DNA from: an uncultured Chloroflexia bacterium
GTDB lineage: Bacteria > Chloroflexota > Dehalococcoidia > DSTF01 > JALHUB01
Length of the DNA: 64,000 nt
NCBI GenBank assembly: GCA_963703345.1
Contig: OY969814.1
Location: forward strand, 2,080,001-2,144,000
Direction of reading: 5' to 3'
Below the pieces are notes generated by a model. It saw nothing but the letters and a program-made list of their open reading frames with translations, ran no database searches and had not been told where the DNA came from. Positions 1 through 7,637 of this stretch are shown piece by piece; the first letter of the stretch is position 1, and every line of letters starts with the position of its first letter. The position numbers were made by a program, and so were the translations under genes.

Positions 1-243
1 TACATCAAGCGAATGCAGTCGCTGGAGGCGGTCGCGCACGAGTTCAAGGGCGTCGAGAAAGCGTTCGCCATCCAGGCCGGCCGCGAGATCCGGATAATTG
101 TAAAGCCGGAAGAGATCGACGACCTTGAGTCGATGCGGCTGGCGCGCGACATCAGTCGCAAGATCGAAGAGACGCTGGAATACCCCGGGCAGGTGAAGGT
201 CACAGTCGTAAGGGAAACCCGAGCTGTGGAGTATGCCCGCTAG
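1..243 (+). CDS. rny: Ribonuclease Y, C-terminal part (5' end outside window)
   Basis: [14 protein letters not shown]...[15 protein letters not shown] is the conserved RNase Y C-terminus; followed by ymdB as in the usual rny-ymdB operon. Confidence 0.95.
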   Translation, partial: YIKRMQSLEAVAHEFKGVEKAFAIQAGREIRIIVKPEEIDDLESMRLARDISRKIEETLEYPGQVKVTVVRETRAVEYAR

Positions 244-320
244 CAAGAGAGGGAGCGGAGTCAGTCGCTAGAGGCGGCTAATCGAGGGATAGACCCGCTC
301 CCTATCTCTGTGTCCGCGAG

Positions 321-1106
321 GTGCGCTTGAAGGTCCTGATGGTGGGAGACGCAGTGGGCCGGACCGGCCGCGAGGCGCTGGCGACGCTGCTACCCGCGCT
401 CCGTCGCGAGCTGGCGGTCGATGTCGTCATCGCTAATGGCGAAAACGCCGCCGCCGGACGCGGCATAATGCCGAACGAGGCTGAGGAGTTCTTTCGCTGC
501 GGCGTCGATGTAATCACCACGGGCAACCATGTCTGGGACCAGAAACAGATAATCCCCTACCTTGATTCCGGCGCGCCGATCCTGCGGCCGCTGAACTATC
601 CGCCCGGCGTTCCCGGACGCGGCATTCTTCAGCAGGACGCCTTCACCATCATCAACCTGCAGGGACGCGTGTTCATGGTGGATATCGACGACCCGTTTCG
701 AATCGTCGACCGGGCGCTGGCGGACCTTCGTGACGGCGCCGTCGTCATTGTCGACATGCACGCGGAGGCGACGAGCGAGAAGATGGCGATGGGCTGGTAT
801 CTGGATGGGCGAGTGAGCGCGGTACTGGGGACGCACACGCATGTGCCGACGGCGGACGCGCGCGTTCTGCCTCGGGGAACGGCCTTCGTCTGCGACGTCG
901 GCATGACGGGCGCGCGCGATTCCGTCATCGGCGACAACGTCGAAGGTGTGCTCCAGCGCTTCCTGACGGCGATGCCGGTGCGGTTGCAACCCGCAAGCGG
1001 GCCGGCAATTCTCAACTCCGTCCTGGTCGACATCGATGAGCAGACCGGGCGGGCGCGAAGCATCGTCCGCGTGGATAGGGAAACCGGCGGTGACCAGCAG
1101 AGCTGA
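321..1106 (+). CDS. ymdB: YmdB-family metallophosphoesterase
   Basis: GDAVG, NGENAAAG, TGNHVWD, DMHAEATSEK, GTHTHV, DVGMTG motifs. Confidence 0.93.
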   Translation: MRLKVLMVGDAVGRTGREALATLLPALRRELAVDVVIANGENAAAGRGIMPNEAEEFFRCGVDVITTGNHVWDQKQIIPYLDSGAPILRPLNYPPGVPGRGILQQDAFTIINLQGRVFMVDIDDPFRIVDRALADLRDGAVVIVDMHAEATSEKMAMGWYLDGRVSAVLGTHTHVPTADARVLPRGTAFVCDVGMTGARDSVIGDNVEGVLQRFLTAMPVRLQPASGPAILNSVLVDIDEQTGRARSIVRVDRETGGDQQS

Positions 1107-1941
1107 CTTCCATACTCATACGAACGCCTCGGACGGCAAACTGACGCCGACGGCGCTGGTCCGACTAGCCATGTCGCGAGGCCTCAGCATACTGGGCGTG
1201 ACGGACCATGACTCGACGGAAGGCATCCCCGAGGCGCTGGCGGCGGCGGCGGAGTACCCCGGCTTCACGCTGGTGCCGGGCGTCGAGATGAGCACGGACA
1301 TACCGGGCGACGAAGTGCACGTCCTCGGCTTCTTCATCGACCCCGAGGACGCCGCCTTTCAAAAAGCGCTGCGTGATCTGCGGACGGCGCGTCGGGACCG
1401 CGGGCGGATGATGGTGGAGAAGCTGCACGCCTTGGGCATCGACATACCGTGGGAGCGCGTGGAGCAGATGGCGGGTGACGCCTCGGTGGGACGGCCGCAC
1501 GTGGCGCAGGTGCTGCTGGAGAAGGGATATGTGTCGTCGTTCCAGGAGGCCTTCGACCGCTACATCGGCAGGAACGGGCCGGCCTACGCGGAGCGAGTCA
1601 AGCTGACGCCGGCCGAGGCAATCGAGATGCTGGCGAAAGCGGGCACCCTGCCGGTGCTGGCTCATCCGGCGAGCCTGTCGAATCTCGACGACCTGCTCGA
1701 GGAGCTGAAGGCGGTGGGCATGGTAGGAATGGAGGTCTACTACCAGGACTACGACCGAAATACTCTGGCTCGCCTCGCTGCCGCGGCGGAGCGATACGGC
1801 CTGCTGAAGCTGGGTGGCAGCGACTTTCACGGCATCGGCGGCCCGCGGGAGCGCCTCCCCGGCGATATTCCGCTCCCTGACGAAGCCGTCGACGAATTCA
1901 TGTCGGCGGCGCGACGGTTGATCTCTGCTCGAAAGGGATAG
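1090..1941 (+). CDS. PHP-domain phosphoesterase (TrpH/YciV-like)
   Basis: DFHTHTNASDG, TDHD, GRPH, AHP, GGSDFHG motifs; GTG start at 1090 inferred. Confidence 0.9.
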   Translation: MTSRADFHTHTNASDGKLTPTALVRLAMSRGLSILGVTDHDSTEGIPEALAAAAEYPGFTLVPGVEMSTDIPGDEVHVLGFFIDPEDAAFQKALRDLRTARRDRGRMMVEKLHALGIDIPWERVEQMAGDASVGRPHVAQVLLEKGYVSSFQEAFDRYIGRNGPAYAERVKLTPAEAIEMLAKAGTLPVLAHPASLSNLDDLLEELKAVGMVGMEVYYQDYDRNTLARLAAAAERYGLLKLGGSDFHGIGGPRERLPGDIPLPDEAVDEFMSAARRLISARKG

Positions 1942-1970
1942 CGAACGCCCTCAGTTCGAGAGCGACGACG

Positions 1971-2627
1971 TCAGGGGGGTCCATAGTAGACGTTCACGGG
2001 CACCCAGTCGAGGTAGAAGCTGCGGCCGCTGCATCCGCCGCCGCTGCAGTTGCAGGTGAGGCGGACGCGGAAGCTGGTGTTGCTCAGGTCGTTGAGAGTC
2101 CAGCTGTGGCCCCAGGTGTCGCTTGAGCCGCCGAGTAGGCCGGTGTGCTCGTCCTTGCTCTCGGCCGTGTCCGTGTACGGCGCCGTCCAGGTACTGCCGC
2201 CGTCCCACGAGAGCTCCGCGGATACGCTGCTGGAGCCGCCTATCGCGTCGACCCACCAGTCCAGGCGCACTTCGATTCCCTTCACCGCGCAGTAACTGGC
2301 GATATTGACGCCGTAATCGTAGAAGCGATGGCGATCTCCAGGGCCGGCGATGTTGCTGGCGTAGCCGCCGCCGTCGGCATAGGCGTCGGTTGGGTTCAGC
2401 TCGAAGCCGTCGCCGTTGCCGCCGGTGTCAGCCGCGTTGGCTGACGGATCAAGCAAGCCGGTGCTTCCGGAGGTGCAGAAAGACGCGGCGCTGGTGAAGG
2501 TGTTGCCGGAGTTGTCGGCCTGATCGGTGGAGATGCCGAGGCCATTGACGATGGCAGCGGTGAGACTCGAAACAGCGAGCGCCATCGCCAGGACAGCCAG
2601 CATCCCCGGTCGGATGAGCATCAGCAT
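1971..2627 (-). CDS. Secreted protein with SipW-type signal peptide (putative fibre accessory/tip protein)
   Basis: Hydrophobic leader then GLGISTDQADNSGNTFTS, matching GLSLFTQSVDNGSNTFTS of the neighbouring TasA-like protein; Cys pairs; start approximate. Confidence 0.6.
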   Translation of the reverse strand: MLMLIRPGMLAVLAMALAVSSLTAAIVNGLGISTDQADNSGNTFTSAASFCTSGSTGLLDPSANAADTGGNGDGFELNPTDAYADGGGYASNIAGPGDRHRFYDYGVNIASYCAVKGIEVRLDWWVDAIGGSSSVSAELSWDGGSTWTAPYTDTAESKDEHTGLLGGSSDTWGHSWTLNDLSNTSFRVRLTCNCSGGGCSGRSFYLDWVPVNVYYGPP

Positions 2628-2690
2628 CGCCTCCCACCGGCTAGGCGCTCCCGGCAATCAGCGTTGAGGCGAGCAGGAGGTTCGCGCGGT

Positions 2691-3263
2691 CTAGCATTGC
2701 GGCTCCTCGCTGAAGTAGGGGACTGGCGCTGCCCCCTTCCACGTTTGCCAGAGGACGATTCCGGTCAGCAACGTCGCCGGGAGGAAGAGCAGGAAGACGT
2801 GACCGGCGAAGCTGCGGGCGAAGTGCACGAGGTAACCGACGCAGGGAATGCTGAAGACGACGCGATCACCGGCGCCCTGGAGGGTCACGGGCTGCGGATC
2901 AGGGTCTTCGTTGGCGTCGCCGCGAGTGACGAACTTACGTGTGCCGTCGCTGGTGTCGATCTCGATGATGCGGTGCAGTATCGGAAGCGAGCGCGAGGAG
3001 CGCTTTATGGCGACGATGTCGCCCACTTGGATCGCGGCTGGATCAATCTTCCTGGTGATGCCGATGCTGCCGTTGGAGAGGGCCGAGCCCATGCTGCCGC
3101 CATAGACGACGTAGGCGCGGTAGCCGAAGAGGGCGAGAATTGAGGGGACGACCAGCAGGACGATGATGGCCAGCGCCGCGACCAGGTACGCCCAGCCGGC
3201 AAGGGCAAGGCCCTTGCTCAGCGGGACAAGTCGTCGGTGCAGGTCAGGGAACCAGCGCGGCAT
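2691..3263 (-). CDS. sipW: Signal peptidase I, SipW/ER-type
   Basis: GGSM catalytic Ser, ILHRI His, TRGDAN..PD motif, flanking TM helices. Confidence 0.88.
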   Translation of the reverse strand: MPRWFPDLHRRLVPLSKGLALAGWAYLVAALAIIVLLVVPSILALFGYRAYVVYGGSMGSALSNGSIGITRKIDPAAIQVGDIVAIKRSSRSLPILHRIIEIDTSDGTRKFVTRGDANEDPDPQPVTLQGAGDRVVFSIPCVGYLVHFARSFAGHVFLLFLPATLLTGIVLWQTWKGAAPVPYFSEEPQC

Positions 3264-3294
3264 CCTTACCTCCAGCCCCTTACCCAGGCGTCTC

Positions 3295-3858
3295 TTACGG
3301 GTTGTTCGTCGTCTGCTCCGCTGCGAACGTGAACGTCGCGGTCGTGGCGGCGCTTTCAGGTCCGGTGGCGTTGTCCGGGAGCGTCACCTTGAAGCACAGG
3401 TCCTCGCTGGTGCTCGCGTCGAGCGTCCGGTCGCCGTCGTCGCCGCCCGTCGTCGGGTCGCCGATGAAGCCGCTCGCGAGCGTCCCGGTGTAGAGCGTGG
3501 TGCCGTTGAACGTCGAGCAGTCGGTGCCCTTCTCCTTGATGACCAGCGTCAGAGCATCGCGAAGGTTCTTGCTGTCGGTGTTCGTGGCGACCGTGGTCAT
3601 CGCGTAGCGGAGTTGGAGCGAGCCGCCGTTAGAGATCGTCAGTTGGTGGGTCACAGTATCGCCGGGCGCCATGTTGCTCATGGTGATGAAGGCCGTGGGC
3701 GGAAATGCAGGACTCGTGCTGATTATGACGCTGCCGCTGGTGAACGTGTTGCTGCCGTTGTCAACGCTCTGGGTGAAGAGGGACAGTCCGCCCCCCAGGC
3801 TGACGCAAGCGGCAAGAGTGCTGATGGCTATCAGGCTTATGAGAATCCGTCTAATCAT
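3295..3858 (-). CDS. TasA/CalY (camelysin-like) family fibre subunit
   Basis: SipW-type signal (LFT....NTFTSG), NMAPGD and ISNGGSL motifs, C-terminal FTFAAEQ; adjacent to sipW. Confidence 0.8.
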   Translation of the reverse strand: MIRRILISLIAISTLAACVSLGGGLSLFTQSVDNGSNTFTSGSVIISTSPAFPPTAFITMSNMAPGDTVTHQLTISNGGSLQLRYAMTTVATNTDSKNLRDALTLVIKEKGTDCSTFNGTTLYTGTLASGFIGDPTTGGDDGDRTLDASTSEDLCFKVTLPDNATGPESAATTATFTFAAEQTTNNP

Positions 3859-4191
3859 TGTCGTACGCCCCCTCTCCGGAGGGCTTGGCGGCTCCAGCCT
3901 CCCTTACGCCCGAGCCGGAAGCCTTTCGTCCCATCCGCGGGCCGTTCCAGGGCGCCCCGGCGGGACCTGCCACCTCCCTGTCGCAAGAAGCGTTCCTTCT
4001 CTCGTTTCTCGTCGAGTCGGACGGCTTTCGCCGTGAGACTCCACCGATGAGCGTATGCCGTTAGACATACGTTTCCTGTTGCAGTATCGGTAGGGGAAGA
4101 GAAATGTAAAGGGTGACGCTACTCAATTATGGAAGACCGGTGCGATAATAGCGGATGAACACGCCTGGGAAGCCATGAGGAGAGATTCAAG

Positions 4192-4680
4192 ATGCAGTGC
4201 GCGACACATCCAGATGTTGAGACGGAGCTGGCTTGCAGCCGCTGCGGCAAGCCGATCTGCCCGCGCTGTCTGGTGTACACGCCTGTAGGCGCGCGCTGTC
4301 GCGAGTGCGCCCATCTGCGCCGCATACCGACGTATGATGTGGCGCTGCCTTACCTTCTGAGAGCGATCGGAGTTGCGGTGGTCGGCGGCGTTCTCGGCGG
4401 GCTACTGTGGTGGCTCCTGCTGCCGCGCCGGGGATCAATCGTCTCCTACTTTGCGTTGTTCTTCGCACTGGGATTAGGCTACGCGATCGGCGAGGCGGTT
4501 AGCTGGGCGTCGAACCGGAAGCGGGGAGCCGTGCTTCAGGGGACGGCGGCCTGCGGCATCGTCATCGCCTATCTCCTCCGAAACGTCCTGCAGGGCTCGG
4601 GGCTGCTGGCTGCGAACGACCTCTTCGGCTACGTGACGGTGGGTCTGGCGATTGTGGTGGCTATCGGGCGTCTTCGCTAG
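4192..4680 (+). CDS. Zn-ribbon (B-box-like) membrane protein
   Basis: CxxHP...CSRCGKPICPRC...CREC followed by about 4 TM segments. Confidence 0.75.
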   Translation: MQCATHPDVETELACSRCGKPICPRCLVYTPVGARCRECAHLRRIPTYDVALPYLLRAIGVAVVGGVLGGLLWWLLLPRRGSIVSYFALFFALGLGYAIGEAVSWASNRKRGAVLQGTAACGIVIAYLLRNVLQGSGLLAANDLFGYVTVGLAIVVAIGRLR

Positions 4681-4738
4681 TGTTCGGTTGCGGCGAGTCG
4701 AAAGCCGACGCTGGAAAGCCTCGGCTACGGTCTTCTGT

Positions 4739-5005
4739 CTACCGGAAGACGAGGGACAGGACAACGATCAGCGTCATCATGCAAGCCATGAAGACTAAAA
4801 TGCGTCGGAGCTCCCTGCCGACGTAGCTGAAATCCATCATACCGGGCACACGGCGCGCCGGGGCCGCCGGCGTCGAGGGCGCTTCGGCGACTTTCGTGGC
4901 GCTGGAGATGGGTGCGACCCGCGCGCGTGCTGCGGCAGGCGGCGGAACCAGGCGCCTTCGTCCTTTCCGTTTGTCGCGAGGCCTGCCGGCCGGTTGTCTG
5001 CTCAT
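4739..5005 (-). CDS. Small membrane protein, unknown function
   Basis: GGAGG RBS upstream; basic N-terminus, single C-terminal TM helix. Confidence 0.55.
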   Translation of the reverse strand: MSRQPAGRPRDKRKGRRRLVPPPAAARARVAPISSATKVAEAPSTPAAPARRVPGMMDFSYVGRELRRILVFMACMMTLIVVLSLVFR

Positions 5006-5107
5006 CCGCTCCTCCGCCTTGAATCAGCTCCTGCTGGGATTATACATCGGCGAGATGCGAGGGACAACGAAAGGCGGCAATTGGGGTCGAAGGGATAGAC
5101 GGATGAA

Positions 5108-5184
5108 TGGTGCGCCCGGCGGGATTCGAACCCACGGCCTCAGCCTCCGCAGGGCTGCGCTCTATCCAGCTGAGCTACGAGCGC
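5108..5184 (-). tRNA. tRNA-Arg (anticodon GCG)
   Basis: Cloverleaf GCGCTCG...GGGCGCACCA; anticodon arm CAGCC-CTGCGGA-GGCTG. Confidence 0.95.
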
Positions 5185-5236
5185 CCAATCAACAATCAAG
5201 CGACGGGCAGTCGGCCCGTCTCGATTCGCTTTTCAA

Positions 5237-5322
5237 TGGTGCCGAAGGTGGGATTTGAACCCACACGCCCTTGCGGACACTACGCCCTGAACGTAGCGCG
5301 TCTGCCATTCCGCCACTTCGGC
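5237..5322 (-). tRNA. tRNA-Leu (CAG)
   Basis: 86 nt with long variable arm; anticodon arm CTACG-TTCAGGG-CGTAG; CCA encoded. Confidence 0.96.
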
Positions 5323-5332
5323 AGGGCATGCA

Positions 5333-5409
5333 TGGTGGGCGGTACAGGGCTCGAACCTGTGACCTCTTCCGTGTGAAGGAAGCGCTCGTTCCAACTGAGC
5401 TAACCGCCC
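5333..5409 (-). tRNA. tRNA-Val (CAC)
   Basis: Anticodon arm CTTCC-TTCACAC-GGAAG; CCA encoded. Confidence 0.96.
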
Positions 5410-5423
5410 TCTTCCCGCTCACG

Positions 5424-5452
5424 ATTCTATCTAACGAGGAGGGGGCTGTCAA
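5424..5452 (-). promoter_or_regulatory. Sigma70-type promoter of the Val-Leu-Arg tRNA cluster
   Basis: TTGACA-17 bp-TAGAAT on the minus strand just upstream of tRNA-Val. Confidence 0.75.
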
Positions 5453-5515
5453 CCGAAAAGCTTCGATGACGAGGTTCGCTGCGAGCGGCAGAAGACGCGT
5501 TTCGGGCTGCGTTGA

Positions 5516-6733
5516 CTAGGCGGAGGGAGTCGCCAGCGCGGCCTGGTAATCGCGCCAGCGCTCCTCCAGACGCGGGTCTTTCAGCGTCGCGAGGACGTAA
5601 TCGGTGAACTCACAGCCCTTGACGCCGGTCGGCCGGCCCGTGACGACCATCTTCTTCTCGAACGTGTCGCAAATCTCCAGGGCCATCTCCAGGCGGCGGC
5701 CGCGGTCGGCGAAACCGATGTGATTGAGGAGCATGGCGCCGGCGCGTATGAGGCCGCTGGGGTCGGCGTACTCCACGCGTCCTTCCTCGACCATGCGGGG
5801 CGCGCTGCCGTGAATGGCTTCGAACATGGCGTAGTGGCGGCCGATGTTGGCGCTGCCGGCGGTGCCGACGCCGCCCTGGAGCTCGGCGGCCTCGTCGGTA
5901 AGGATGTCGCCGTAGAGGTTGGGTAGGACGACAACGCGGAAGTGGGAGCGGCGCTTAGGGTCGACGAGTTTGGCCGGGATTATGTCAATATACCAGTCAT
6001 CCCACTCGATCTCAGGGTAGGCGGCGGCAATCCGCCTCGCCGTCTCGAGAAACTTGCCGTCGGTGGTCTTGATTACGTTGGCCTTGGTTACGACGGTGAC
6101 TCGTTTCTTGTCGTGCTTGCGCGCGTAGTCGAAGGCCATCTCGATGATGCGCTCGCTGCCCTGACTCGTCACCGCCGTGAAGTCGAAGGCGAGGTCATCT
6201 GTGACGTGGATGCCGCGGCTGCCCATAACGTAGGCGCCCTCGGTGTTCTCGCGGAAGAACGTCCAGTCGATGCCCTGGGCTGGGATCCTGACGGGGCGAA
6301 CGTTGGCGAAGAGGTCGAGGGCGCGGCGCATGGCGACGTTGGCGCTCTCGATGTTGGGCCAGGGGTCGCCGGCGCGCGGCGTGGTTGTGGGCGCCTTGAG
6401 GATAACGTGACAGCGCTTTAGCTCGTCGAGCACGTCGTCGGGGATGGCCTTGAGCTGGGCGGCGCGGTTTTCGATGGTGAGGCCGTCGATTGTCCTAAAG
6501 ACGATATCGCCGCGCTCCACTTCTGGCGCGAGGATGAACTCGAGGACGCGCTGCGATTCGCGGGAGATGTAGGGACCGATGCCGTCGCCGCCGCAGACGC
6601 CGATGACGAGCGGCCGGAGCGTCGAGTAGTCGACCCAGCCGTTGTCGGCCTTCATGCGGTCGACACGCGTTAGCTGCTCTTCGACTAGGGTCGCAAAGTG
6701 CTGTTTTGCCCGTTCGACGGCTTCTCTATCCAT
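5516..6733 (-). CDS. Isocitrate/isopropylmalate dehydrogenase family protein
   Basis: GDGIGP, RENTEG.Y, KANVIK, PNLYGDILTD, FEAIHGSAP motifs. Confidence 0.9.
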   Translation of the reverse strand: MDREAVERAKQHFATLVEEQLTRVDRMKADNGWVDYSTLRPLVIGVCGGDGIGPYISRESQRVLEFILAPEVERGDIVFRTIDGLTIENRAAQLKAIPDDVLDELKRCHVILKAPTTTPRAGDPWPNIESANVAMRRALDLFANVRPVRIPAQGIDWTFFRENTEGAYVMGSRGIHVTDDLAFDFTAVTSQGSERIIEMAFDYARKHDKKRVTVVTKANVIKTTDGKFLETARRIAAAYPEIEWDDWYIDIIPAKLVDPKRRSHFRVVVLPNLYGDILTDEAAELQGGVGTAGSANIGRHYAMFEAIHGSAPRMVEEGRVEYADPSGLIRAGAMLLNHIGFADRGRRLEMALEICDTFEKKMVVTGRPTGVKGCEFTDYVLATLKDPRLEERWRDYQAALATPSA

Positions 6734-6810
6734 GTGTCCCTATGCTAGCACGAGTGCCCGCGAAAAGGCTGCAAGCCTCCGAAGCTGACCCCGAGGCGGA
6801 AGAGGCGGAA

Positions 6811-6886
6811 TGGTGGCAGCGGAGGGATTTGAACCCCCGACCAAGGGCTTATGAGTCCCCTGCTCTACCGACTGAGCTACGCTGCC
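6811..6886 (-). tRNA. tRNA with CAT anticodon (elongator Met most likely; Ile2 not excluded)
   Basis: GGCAGCG...CGCTGCCACCA with paired G1-C72 (not initiator); loop CTCATAA. Confidence 0.92.
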
Positions 6887-6902
6887 ACTGACACCCACCA
6901 AA

Positions 6903-7022
6903 TGGCTGTTCAGCCGTAATGGCGGGATTTGAATCCGCCGGCGGACAGGCACCCCAACCAAGGGGCTGGGCCCGGGTCGCCTCAGGCGACAGTCCCCTCT
7001 CGCCTTCGGCGAGTACGCTGCC
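6903..7022 (-). ncRNA. tRNA(CAT)-derived element carrying inserted palindromic hairpins
   Basis: Colinear blocks shared with the adjacent tRNA (TACGCTGCCA, AGTCCCCT, CCAAGGG, GGGATTTGAA on + strand) separated by CGCC-n-GGCG hairpins. Confidence 0.65.
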
Positions 7023-7046
7023 AACATGTGTGCTACCGGCGAATCG

Positions 7047-7076
7047 ATGATAGCAAAGGCTTTCTGAGGGTGTCAA
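7047..7076 (-). promoter_or_regulatory. Sigma70-type promoter upstream of the tRNA-like element and tRNA(CAT)
   Basis: TTGACA-18 bp-TATCAT with TG extension on the minus strand. Confidence 0.7.
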
Positions 7077-7091
7077 ACCTGGCGGGTCGCA

Positions 7092-7508
7092 TCAGAGCGC
7101 GGGCGTCACCTCTGAAGTGCAGTAGGCGCAGCGACGCGCTTCCGACGGTATGTCGCTCAGGCACTCCGGACACTTGCGGACGGTCGGGTCCGGCGGCGGC
7201 TCCTTTCGAGAGCGGGCCAGATAGGCGTTCAGCGGCACGACTATCAGGAAGAAGACTACCGCGCCTATCAAAACGAAGGTGATCGTTTTGTTGATGAAGT
7301 CGCCGTAGCGGAAGGTGCTGTCGTGGATTGTGAAGGCGAGGGCGGAGAAGTCCTGCTGGCCGCCGATGGCCGCGATGAGCGGCGTTATGAAGTCCTGGAC
7401 CAGCGCCGTGACTACCGCGCCGAAGGCGGCGCCAACCACTACCGCAATCGCGAGGTCGACGACGTTCCCCCTTAGCAAGAACGCCTTGAAGTCGTTGATG
7501 AGTTTCAT
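7092..7508 (-). CDS. mscL: Large-conductance mechanosensitive channel with C-terminal Zn ribbon
   Basis: FKAFLLRGNVVDLAIAVVVGAAF, YGDFI; CPEC...CAYC tail; ATG at 7508 with GGAGGGAG RBS. Confidence 0.93.
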   Translation of the reverse strand: MKLINDFKAFLLRGNVVDLAIAVVVGAAFGAVVTALVQDFITPLIAAIGGQQDFSALAFTIHDSTFRYGDFINKTITFVLIGAVVFFLIVVPLNAYLARSRKEPPPDPTVRKCPECLSDIPSEARRCAYCTSEVTPAL

Positions 7509-7637
7509 GTTCTCTCCCTCCTTGGAGATCCGGCCGGCAGGGCGCCGAAGAGCACGCCTGCCGCATCTGAACAGCTGGCCGGCCTGTGCCAAAGCGCGCG
7601 GCTGCGCCACTTGAGAGGGCCTCGAGGCGAGCCTACA

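Noticed and set aside
321-3858. Functional link between ymdB and the adjacent tasA-sipW operon, as in Bacillus biofilm control
   Set aside because: Convergent transcription; rny-ymdB is a widespread housekeeping pair, so adjacency alone is not evidence
6903-7022. Intron-containing tRNA, tRNA-Sec or SRP RNA
   Set aside because: Insertions affect all arms, there is no recoverable anticodon or clean acceptor stem, no UCA anticodon and no SRP GGAA/AGCAG loop
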